64,000 nucleotides of DNA from an uncultured Candidatus Saccharibacteria bacterium (GTDB lineage Bacteria > Patescibacteriota > Minisyncoccia > UBA6257 > 2-01-FULL-56-20). The stretch covers positions 1,828 through 65,827 of the forward strand of contig CAYHZA010000006.1 of assembly GCA_964361095.1 (NCBI GenBank). Reading direction: 5' to 3'. Below the pieces are notes generated by a model. That model made no database searches. It saw nothing but the letters and a program-made list of their open reading frames with translations, and was not told the DNA's origin. The translations under genes were made by a program, and so were the position numbers. Below are positions 8,873 through 16,905 of this stretch, piece by piece (positions within the stretch are counted from its first letter, which is position 1; each line of letters starts with the position of its first letter).

Positions 8873-10357
8873 ATGACTTCTGCCCCGAGAAGGCAAGTTC
8901 GAGTTCGCATAGCCCCAAGTCCTACTGGGTTTTTTCATCTTGGGACGGCGCGAACCGCTCTTTTTAACTGGCTTTTTGCCCGTCAAAATGACGGTGTTTT
9001 TGTTTTGCGTATCGAGGATACCGATCCGACGCGTTCGGAAAAAAAATACGAGAAAGATATCTTCCAATGTCTTCAATGGCTTGGTCTTTCTTGGGACGAA
9101 GGACCGGACTGGGAGGATAGGGAGGGCAAGAAAAACGGCGCGAAAGGAGAGTACGGACCGTATCGTCAGAGTGAACGAACGGCGATTTATAAAAAATATC
9201 TTGAACGAATTTTATCGGAAAAAAAGGCTTATTATTGTTACTGCGAAAAAGAAGAGTTGAAGGCTGAGGAGCAATCGCTCCTTGCCCAAGGTCTTCCGCC
9301 GAGATACAGTGGCCATTGCCGGCAATACGAAGATAAAGCGTCCGAAGGGAGATCACCGCAGGTAATACGTTTTAAAACTCCAGAAATTAAGGTTGAGTTT
9401 AAAGACATGATTCGAGGTACGGTAACGTTTGATGCCGCTCTTTTTGGCGATATGGTAATCGCGAAAAACCTTGAATCACCGCTCTATAACTTTGCGGTTG
9501 TCGTTGACGACCACGAGATGAACATTACCCACGTGATACGAGGTGAAGATCATATCGCGAATACTCCAAAGCAGATCTTGATGCAACGCGCGTTCGGCTT
9601 TGAGGAGCCGCTCTACGCGCATTTGCCGCTTATTTTAGGACCGGATCGGGCTAAACTTTCGAAACGATACGTAGAAACCTCTCTTGCCGATTATGAAGAA
9701 CGAGGATTTCTTTCGGAAGCGACAGTAAATTTCCTTGCGCTTCTCGGGTGGCACCCGCAAGACAATCAAGAAATTTTTACTCGAGAGGATTTGATTAAAA
9801 AATTTGACGTGAAACGCGTTCAAAAGGGTGGTGCTATTTTTAACGAAGAAAAACTCGATTGGGTAAATGCCGAGCATATCAAAGCATTGAATGAAAAAGA
9901 AATTACCGAGCACCTTCTTCGTTTTTTTGCGGGGAAATCATTCGGAAAGTCTTTTCTCAAGAGGGATTTGCTCAAAAAAATCGTGCATATAGAAAAAGGC
10001 CGCCTTAAGAATTTTGCCGACTTTTTTGAACTTGCGGGCTTTTTTTTCGATCTTCCCGAATACGACAGCCAGCTTCTCTTGTGGGATAAAGAAACAAGAG
10101 TCTCGACCGAACGTATATTACAAGAGGTGCATAATCATTTGGAAACAATGGAACATGGCGAAGTTAACCGTGAATCTCTCGAGGCAAAATTTCAAGATCT
10201 TATTTTAAAAGAAGGGAAGGGGAGAGTCCTTTGGCCGCTCCGCGTTGCCGTTTCCGGCCGCGCGGCGTCTCCGGATCCGTTCGATATCATCGGAGTTCTC
10301 GGCATTGAAGAGAGCACGGATCGTGTTCGAATCGCTCTTAAAAAACTGAAGGCATAA
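8873..10357 (+). CDS. gltX: Glutamyl-tRNA synthetase
   Basis: Class-I HIGH region (SPTGFFHLGTART) and a KLSKR (KMSKS-type) motif. Confidence 0.9.
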   Translation: MTSAPRRQVRVRIAPSPTGFFHLGTARTALFNWLFARQNDGVFVLRIEDTDPTRSEKKYEKDIFQCLQWLGLSWDEGPDWEDREGKKNGAKGEYGPYRQSERTAIYKKYLERILSEKKAYYCYCEKEELKAEEQSLLAQGLPPRYSGHCRQYEDKASEGRSPQVIRFKTPEIKVEFKDMIRGTVTFDAALFGDMVIAKNLESPLYNFAVVVDDHEMNITHVIRGEDHIANTPKQILMQRAFGFEEPLYAHLPLILGPDRAKLSKRYVETSLADYEERGFLSEATVNFLALLGWHPQDNQEIFTREDLIKKFDVKRVQKGGAIFNEEKLDWVNAEHIKALNEKEITEHLLRFFAGKSFGKSFLKRDLLKKIVHIEKGRLKNFADFFELAGFFFDLPEYDSQLLLWDKETRVSTERILQEVHNHLETMEHGEVNRESLEAKFQDLILKEGKGRVLWPLRVAVSGRAASPDPFDIIGVLGIEESTDRVRIALKKLKA

Positions 10358-10363
10358 CTATCG

Positions 10364-11749
10364 ATGAAAAAATCACTGCAAAAAATAATATCGGCGCTCT
10401 TTCTCGTTCTTTTGCTTCCGTTCAACATGCAATCCGCAGGGGTGGCAAATGCGGCTTCTTCAACCCAAGAGATCAGTTCTTCGACGAAAAGTCATGTTTC
10501 GTCCACTATCGATCTTTTGCGTGAGACACTACAACGCCAAATCGAAGAACGGGCGAAGGAGCTTGAACAGGTGAATCGGGAGTTAACCACCACCCAGAAA
10601 AATCTTACTGAGACGAAAACCGATCGCTTAAGCTTACAAAAAGAATTGGATCGTCTTCAGTACACCACGAATCAATTGAAGTTAAACATTCAATCCGACG
10701 AGATTACGGTCCAAAAACTGAATCTTGAAATTCAAACATTAACGTTTGATGTTCAGGATATTCAAACATCCGTCAAGGAAAAACGTTTGGCGATTATTGA
10801 GCTTTTGAGAGCGCTTCAAAAAATGGATCAGGCGAATTTTCTTGTTATTCTTTTAAGAAGCGACAGTTTGGCGGACGGGGTCGCCGAAGCACAGGCATTG
10901 AACGATTTGAATTCAAAACTTACCGTCGACGTGGAGAATCTGAAACGGTTTCAGGAACAACTTTCGGTAAAACTCAAGGAGTTCGATCAAAAACGCGCGC
11001 AAACCAATCGGCATCAGCGCGATCTGGAAAATCGAAAAGTCATTATTCAGGACCAAAAAAATGAACGGCAGAATCTTTTGGTGGTGACAAAAAACAAGGA
11101 AAGCGTTTATGAAAAACAGGTTACGGAACTTCAGAAGCGCCAACAGGAAATTGCCGATGAAATCGAATCGATTGACGCGGAGTTGCGGTCAAAAATCGAC
11201 TTAAGCTTATTGCCGGTCGCAAAACCGGGAATTTTAGGCCTTCCGGTTGAAGGAGTCGCGATGATTACGCAGAGATACGGCGCGACTGATTTTGCGAAGA
11301 GCGCTTATCGGGGGAAATTGCATAATGGCATAGATTTTCGAGCGGTGGTCGGATCTCCGATTATCGCGGCGGAAGCGGGAATAGTTGTCGGAGTCGGTGA
11401 TCAGGACGCGTATTGTTATCGCGGGGCATACGGAAAATATATCGCCATAAATCACGGCAATAACCTTACGACCCTCTATGCGCATCTTTCGAGGCAAGTC
11501 GTAAAGAAGGGACAAAAAGTGGAACGCGGTGAACTGGTAGGCTATTCCGGGAGAACCGGTTACGCGACGGGTCCACATCTTCACTTTACCGTGTTTGCCC
11601 AGCCGACGTTTTACATGGGGCAAAGCCGGACATGCGGCTTAATGCCCTTTGGAGGTGATTTGAATCCCATTGGATATCTGAATCTCGAGGTTCCCGCCGC
11701 GGCTACGGTTGGGGCTACATCAACACCGTCATCAACGACTTCGCGATAA
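10364..11749 (+). CDS. Secreted coiled-coil protein with C-terminal M23 (LytM) metallopeptidase domain, EnvC-like
   Basis: Signal peptide, a long heptad-repeat region, then an M23 domain with HNGIDF..D and HLHF catalytic motifs intact. Confidence 0.75.
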   Translation: MKKSLQKIISALFLVLLLPFNMQSAGVANAASSTQEISSSTKSHVSSTIDLLRETLQRQIEERAKELEQVNRELTTTQKNLTETKTDRLSLQKELDRLQYTTNQLKLNIQSDEITVQKLNLEIQTLTFDVQDIQTSVKEKRLAIIELLRALQKMDQANFLVILLRSDSLADGVAEAQALNDLNSKLTVDVENLKRFQEQLSVKLKEFDQKRAQTNRHQRDLENRKVIIQDQKNERQNLLVVTKNKESVYEKQVTELQKRQQEIADEIESIDAELRSKIDLSLLPVAKPGILGLPVEGVAMITQRYGATDFAKSAYRGKLHNGIDFRAVVGSPIIAAEAGIVVGVGDQDAYCYRGAYGKYIAINHGNNLTTLYAHLSRQVVKKGQKVERGELVGYSGRTGYATGPHLHFTVFAQPTFYMGQSRTCGLMPFGGDLNPIGYLNLEVPAAATVGATSTPSSTTSR

Positions 11750-11785
11750 TTAGACGAAGAAATGATACAATCAGAATAAGAAGAG

Positions 11786-12274
11786 ATGAGGAAATATTTT
11801 TTGATCTGCGCGTTCCTTGTACTCATTGGGTTTTTCCCGGTCCGCGTGTTGGGAGTTGGACCGGAAAACTACCCGTTGAATGCGGAGTTAAATGTCCAAG
11901 ATATTTTTCGCGGCATTACCGCCCCGCTCGACACTTTTTTTGACAGCTTGAGTAAGGTCGGAGTTACAACTATTAGCGTAGGGGATAGCGGTTTGGGAAA
12001 TAGTTCCTCGTGGAATATCGGTGAATTTTTTCTTGGACTAGACCATCGTTTTCAGGAAATTACCGGCATTAGCGTCCTGCAATTTCTGAAGGCAATTATA
12101 GGGATCGTTATCTGGCTCCTTAATCTTTTTATTGATCTTTTTAAATGGCTTTTTTCTCTGGTAAACCCCCACACCACGGGTTTACACCCATGGCTTTCTG
12201 GCTTACGCTTCGCGTTTTTTAACCATTCATCTCCGTCTTCACAGGCGAGGCTTTCTGGTGTGGGGGTAAACTGA
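11786..12274 (+). CDS. Hypothetical secreted/membrane protein
   Basis: 162-aa ORF with a signal peptide and a hydrophobic C-terminal segment; no recognisable homology. Confidence 0.4.
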   Translation: MRKYFLICAFLVLIGFFPVRVLGVGPENYPLNAELNVQDIFRGITAPLDTFFDSLSKVGVTTISVGDSGLGNSSSWNIGEFFLGLDHRFQEITGISVLQFLKAIIGIVIWLLNLFIDLFKWLFSLVNPHTTGLHPWLSGLRFAFFNHSSPSSQARLSGVGVN

Positions 12275-12302
12275 AGGCGTAATTTCGGACTCGTATATCT
12301 TT

Positions 12303-12950
12303 TTGGAAACTATGCGTTTTTATTTTTTTCTTCTTTTTCTGCTTATTGTTTTAATCTCCGCTAATCTTGGGTTTCGGGCGGTTTTTTCGTCCAGATCGGA
12401 TATGTCCCTACGGCGCTCCGGGAATTATGAACTCGCCTCGATAGATTTTAATTTTTTTTCCTCTGATGTGAAAAACCATATTTCTCAGGGATACGGCAAG
12501 ACGCCGTTTTCGATGCTTCGGTATCCCGGAGGTTGGCACAACGGGATAGATATTGCATCCCGAAACGGTTCTCCCATCATTTCCGCAAGCGACGGCGACG
12601 TGTTTGCGATTGGAGATCAGGACAAATTCTGCTTTCGTAAGGGTTACGGGAAATTTGTTATCGTGAAGGATAAGAATAAAGACATGTTTTTGTTATATGC
12701 GCATCTTGGCACGATTAAGGTGAAACAAGGAGATGCTTTAAAGCATGGACAGGTAATCGGTCTTGTGGGAACAACGGGCTTCGAAACGGCGCCGCATCTG
12801 CACTTTTCGGTATTTGAAGAAAAAAACTTTTCGATGAAAAATAAAAACGGTTGCGGACCAAGTCCCAACGGCAACGATACAAGTCCGTTTAAATATCTTG
12901 ATGCCTTGGACGAGACAACGGCGGTGTATATGTCGCATAGATTGACGTAA
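12303..12950 (+). CDS. M23 family metallopeptidase (membrane-anchored)
   Basis: GGWHNGIDI..D and APHLHFSVF motifs. It is a paralogue of the C-terminal domain of the 10364..11749 protein. Confidence 0.75.
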   Translation: METMRFYFFLLFLLIVLISANLGFRAVFSSRSDMSLRRSGNYELASIDFNFFSSDVKNHISQGYGKTPFSMLRYPGGWHNGIDIASRNGSPIISASDGDVFAIGDQDKFCFRKGYGKFVIVKDKNKDMFLLYAHLGTIKVKQGDALKHGQVIGLVGTTGFETAPHLHFSVFEEKNFSMKNKNGCGPSPNGNDTSPFKYLDALDETTAVYMSHRLT

Positions 12951-13053
12951 GATACGTCATAGGTATGTTTACATATTTACTGTCGGGAAATATACCTTGT
13001 GCGACAGGTGTGATTATTAAAAACCTCCCTTATTTCCTATCCCCCATTTTCTT

Positions 13054-14427
13054 ATGACAAAGAAGCTCCACGTTCATTTTGTTGGTATTGGAGGTATCGG
13101 AATGAGTGCCTTAGCGCGTTGGTTTTTGGCAAAAAACTGGGCTGTATCGGGGTCCGATCTTGCGGATAGTGAAATACTGAAGGAACTCCGTAAAGAAGGC
13201 GTAAAGGTTAAAATTGGGCACAAAAAGAGCAACCTGCCTGCTCACCTCCTTGAACCTAAGGCAAAGCCGACCAGTATGGTGATTTATAGTAGCGCTATCA
13301 AGCCCGATAACCCCGAATTAAGGGAGGCAAGAAAGTTTGGAATAAAACCGATGAGTTATGCGGAAACGATCGGATGTTTGACAAAACCGTATAAAACTAT
13401 TGCGGTTGCCGGAAGCCACGGCAAAAGCACTACGACCTCATTGCTGGGTCTTATTGTTATTCGCGCGGGGATGAATCCTACGATTATCGTCGGCACGAAA
13501 CTTAAAGAATTAAGAGGAAAGAATTTTCTCTCCGGAAAGAGCAATGTACTTGTACTTGAGGCAGACGAGTGGAAAGCTGCGTTTTTGCACTACTCCCCTT
13601 TTATCGCGATTGTCACGAACATTGATCGCGAACATTTGGATTTTTATAAAGATCTGAATGCAGTTAAAAAATCTTTTCTGCAATTTTTAAAAAATACGAA
13701 ACCGGAAGGATTTCTCGTCTTAAACCGCGATGACCGCAATGTCCGTTCGCTTTCTCCCGAGATTAAAAAGATTGCCACTCAAAATAATCTTCGGGTTATT
13801 TGGTTTTCGATACAAGAGGATAAGGCTCTTGTACGAGAAATTAAAAAAATAATAAATATTCCCGGCGAGCATAATGTTTCAAACGCGCTCGCGGCGTGTA
13901 CGGTCGCCATCCGATGCTTGGGGATAAAAAAGGCCGTCGCTTTAAAAACTATCGGCGCGTATCGCGGGGCGTGGCGCCGATTTGAATATAAGGGGAAATA
14001 CGACGGCGCCCTTATATTCGACGATTACGCGCACCATCCGACGGAGATCAAGGCAACCCTCAAGGCGTTCAAGGAAAAATACCCGAAGAAAAAATTACTC
14101 TGTGTTTTCCAACCGCATCAGGCAAAACGTCTCCAAGCGCTTTTCCGTGAGTTCCAAGATTCATTTTCCGATGCCGATGAGGTGTTGATTTTTCCGAGCT
14201 ATCAAGTCGCGGGACGGGATGAGCCGTCTTCACGTTTTAACGCGCGGGCGCTCGTTGCCGCAATCCAAAAACGACACCCGCATAAGCTTATTTTTTATCT
14301 CGCAAATCCGCGTGATCTGAAGAAAAAAATCCATACACTCCCTTCCCCTCTTCGCTCGAAGGTTATCGTAATGATGGGCGCGGGAGATATCGTATCTCAT
14401 ACATCTTCTCTTCTCAGACGCCCATAG
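13054..14427 (+). CDS. murC: UDP-N-acetylmuramate--L-alanine ligase
   Basis: HFVGIGGIGMSALA N-terminus and the Mur ligase central and C-terminal domains. Confidence 0.9.
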   Translation: MTKKLHVHFVGIGGIGMSALARWFLAKNWAVSGSDLADSEILKELRKEGVKVKIGHKKSNLPAHLLEPKAKPTSMVIYSSAIKPDNPELREARKFGIKPMSYAETIGCLTKPYKTIAVAGSHGKSTTTSLLGLIVIRAGMNPTIIVGTKLKELRGKNFLSGKSNVLVLEADEWKAAFLHYSPFIAIVTNIDREHLDFYKDLNAVKKSFLQFLKNTKPEGFLVLNRDDRNVRSLSPEIKKIATQNNLRVIWFSIQEDKALVREIKKIINIPGEHNVSNALAACTVAIRCLGIKKAVALKTIGAYRGAWRRFEYKGKYDGALIFDDYAHHPTEIKATLKAFKEKYPKKKLLCVFQPHQAKRLQALFREFQDSFSDADEVLIFPSYQVAGRDEPSSRFNARALVAAIQKRHPHKLIFYLANPRDLKKKIHTLPSPLRSKVIVMMGAGDIVSHTSSLLRRP

Positions 14428-14462
14428 CACTCTCCCCGCGTTGTGGGCTATAATGGACCGAT

Positions 14463-15230
14463 ATGTTTGACAGCTATAAGGATATTGGGAGTTTTAAAGA
14501 ATCGAGCGGATATATCATAGACGGAGTTTGGTATCCTCGCGTAACAAAAATCATCTCCATAAAAGCGAAACCCGCGCTTTTACGTTTTTATGGTGAGGCG
14601 GTGAATTTTAGAGCGGCGCAGAATGTTACCGAAAAATCTGCGGCGGAAGGAACGCTGGTGCACGAAGCCGCTGAAGCAATTCTTTTGGGCAAGGATCCCG
14701 AAGTTGACCTTTCCATAAAACCCTCTATAGACGCTTTTCGAATATTTTTCGAAGAGCGCAATATTCAGAGCGCGCCGGAATGGGTGGAGCGCAGAATTTT
14801 TCATACCGATCATCGTTACGCGGGAACCATCGACGCTTTGGCGCTCATTGACGGGAAATTCGGCGTTTTGGATATCAAAACTTCACAGGGCATTTATCGC
14901 GATTATAATCTTCAAACCGCGGCTTACATGGAAGCACTAAAAGGAGATTTTCGACACCTTCAAACCCGTTGGATATTGCGTATCGATCAGATTCAGCGTT
15001 GTATGAATTGCAGTACGACACTCCGTACAAAAGGTGGCCGTGAAAAGATAAAAAATGGTTTTGGAGGCGGTCTTTGTTCGGTTCGTGAACACAGCTGGGG
15101 TGAAACGGTGGGCGTGGTGGAACTGCAGGAATTCCCCTACTGGCAAAACGACTTTGAGGCGTTTCTTGGCGCGAAGAAATTGTGGGAATGGGAAAATGAC
15201 TATTGGTTGAAGAAGGTCGGGTATTTATGA
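14463..15230 (+). CDS. PD-(D/E)XK superfamily nuclease (RecB/Cas4-like core) with C-terminal Cys cluster
   Basis: Motifs GTIDAL, LDIKTS (D-x-K) and QTAAY (QxxxY), followed by CxxC...C. Confidence 0.5.
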   Translation: MFDSYKDIGSFKESSGYIIDGVWYPRVTKIISIKAKPALLRFYGEAVNFRAAQNVTEKSAAEGTLVHEAAEAILLGKDPEVDLSIKPSIDAFRIFFEERNIQSAPEWVERRIFHTDHRYAGTIDALALIDGKFGVLDIKTSQGIYRDYNLQTAAYMEALKGDFRHLQTRWILRIDQIQRCMNCSTTLRTKGGREKIKNGFGGGLCSVREHSWGETVGVVELQEFPYWQNDFEAFLGAKKLWEWENDYWLKKVGYL

Positions 15231-15316
15231 TACAACTAGTATTAGTATCGTTTCGTTGTCGCGTTTTGGGGAAGGTTTAAAAATACACCGTTCGATTCTC
15301 ATGAGGGAGGTGCCGC

Positions 15317-15685
15317 ATGGAGTTCACAAAGAATTCGGTTGATGTTCAAAAAATCACACTCGCGGAGATCTCGAATGAGAACGATCTGGTGCTTCGGATT
15401 AAAATGGGCGGTGGTGACATCCTTCACCTTGCGCCGATCAAAGTGAGTGCGGGAGAGTTCGCTCTCGCCGAAAACGACGATCCGGCTTTTTTCTGTGTTG
15501 TGAATCTTCCCGTAAACGGCTCTGATTCTTTATTTGAGGTGAACGGGTGCCTCAACTATTTGGCAAGGAATGGCATAAAGGTTTCCCAATTCCCCATCAA
15601 AAAGATTTCAATTGCGCGTGACGGAAATGAGGCGGAACATCTCCGTTTCGTCGCGGAAGAATCCCCGTGGGATGCGGATAGTTAA
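15317..15685 (+). CDS. Hypothetical protein
   Basis: 122-aa ORF with no recognisable homology, followed by an intrinsic terminator. Confidence 0.4.
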   Translation: MEFTKNSVDVQKITLAEISNENDLVLRIKMGGGDILHLAPIKVSAGEFALAENDDPAFFCVVNLPVNGSDSLFEVNGCLNYLARNGIKVSQFPIKKISIARDGNEAEHLRFVAEESPWDADS

Positions 15686-15702
15686 CATCCATAACAAGGC
15701 TT

Positions 15703-15737
15703 GCCAGTTCACCTAAAGAACTGGCCTTTATTTTTTT
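15703..15737 (+). terminator. Rho-independent terminator (8-bp stem GCCAGTTC/GAACTGGC followed by a T-run)
   Basis: Hairpin followed by CTTTATTTTTTT. Confidence 0.7.
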
Positions 15738-15744
15738 AAAAAAA

Positions 15745-15765
15745 AGCCCCTATGACGCAGGGGCT
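15745..15765 (-). terminator. Second hairpin (AGCCCC/GGGGCT) sharing the A/T tract; would terminate minus-strand transcription
   Basis: Hairpin immediately 3' of the A-run as read on the plus strand. Confidence 0.4.
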
Positions 15766-16147
15766 GTAGATGACATGCTCAAAACAAGAAGAAGGTGCCG
15801 GCGAAGCTGACCTAATGTCTTTATGGTATTGGGGAATTCCTTCCGAAAGCGGCACTTTCGGCAGAAGAGCTCCGAATATGTCTCGGAAATATCTTGGTGG
15901 ACAAAACTCCCGCCGCAAACATCATGGAATCCGACAACTCCATTGGGGATTTTTGTCCGATCCCCGCCCACGATATTCGTCACAATGAGCTTGATCCCAT
16001 GTTCGCTAAGCACCATAGCTTTTACCATCTCCCCTCCTCCCGTAAGGCAAGTGATTATAACGGATGATTTGCTGGTCTTATTATTACAATAAATTTAGTT
16101 TTTCGCAAGAAAAGTCTGATTTGGTATACTTTGTAGTAAGCGGTTTT

Positions 16148-16414
16148 ATGAAAATTACTCTACAAGAGCTTTCGGCTCCGGGATGCGTGCACTGCGCCGA
16201 GTTTGAGCGCTTTTGGCATTCGATCGAAAAGGATTTTCCGAACGTGGAATATAAAAAAATCGACATCACAACTCCCGAAGGAACGGATCTTGTTCGTAAA
16301 CATATGATTTTCGCCTCGCCGGGGATCGTTATAAACGACGAAGTTTTTTCCACAGGCGGAATTAACAAGGATAAATTTGTGGCGAAGTTGAAAGAATTAT
16401 CAGAAAAAAATTAA
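16148..16414 (+). CDS. Thioredoxin/glutaredoxin-like protein (CxxC)
   Basis: PGCVHC active-site motif; start assigned to ATG 16148 (MKITLQEL). Confidence 0.6.
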   Translation: MKITLQELSAPGCVHCAEFERFWHSIEKDFPNVEYKKIDITTPEGTDLVRKHMIFASPGIVINDEVFSTGGINKDKFVAKLKELSEKN

Positions 16415-16490
16415 AAATCAAATATCAAAATGCAAAATAACAAGTCAAAACCTAAAAATCTTTTTAGTGTCACTTTGATTTTTGATTTTT
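16413..16490. promoter_or_regulatory. Inverted pair of a 17-nt AT-rich motif TTTGAT(A/T)TTTGATTTTT (copy 1 on the minus strand at 16413-16430, copy 2 on the plus strand at 16474-16490, 43-bp spacer) upstream of doxX
   Basis: Read directly from the sequence. A third copy lies at 22651-22667. Confidence 0.5.
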
Positions 16491-16503
16491 GCACTTTACA
16501 CTT

Positions 16504-16905
16504 ATGAAATTTTTGCAAAAAATTTCGGCAGAATGGGTTCTCCGTATTTTTTTTGCGTGGATGTATTTGTATTCGGGAGTTGATATTATCCAAAATCCCA
16601 AAAGCTGGACGTGGGCAGTGCCAATCTGGTTCAACAATTTCATAACGCAATTTATGCCGATTGAAACGTACATGAGAATCCAAGGAGTCGGCGAAATTAT
16701 TTTCGCGCTCGCATTCCTCGCGTGGTTTTTAAAACCCGTTTTTTTGAAATATATCGCTCTCCTTGCCTCCTTCGAGATGGCGGGCATTTTATTCTTGGGG
16801 AAAACCGGCATTGACTCCATTACCTTTCGAGATATTGGCCTCTTGGGTGGATTAATCGCGCTTGCTATAATATTTAGAGATAGATCCAAGGCAACTATTC
16901 AATGA
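16504..16905 (+). CDS. DoxX-family membrane protein
   Basis: Four predicted TM helices and a DoxX-like N-terminus (RIFFAWMYLYSG). Confidence 0.55.
   Translation: MKFLQKISAEWVLRIFFAWMYLYSGVDIIQNPKSWTWAVPIWFNNFITQFMPIETYMRIQGVGEIIFALAFLAWFLKPVFLKYIALLASFEMAGILFLGKTGIDSITFRDIGLLGGLIALAIIFRDRSKATIQ

Noticed and set aside
8873-9356. Alternative ORFs 8940..9260 (+) and 8964..9356 (-) overlapping gltX
   Set aside because: The GluRS frame carries the class-I synthetase motifs; the others are frame shadows.
12160-12275. 10-bp inverted repeat (CCCCCACACC / GGTGTGGGGG) at the 3' end of ORF 11786..12274
   Set aside because: Short arms with an ~80-nt spacer; within chance expectation for a window this size. 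Possibly a weak terminator but not supportable.
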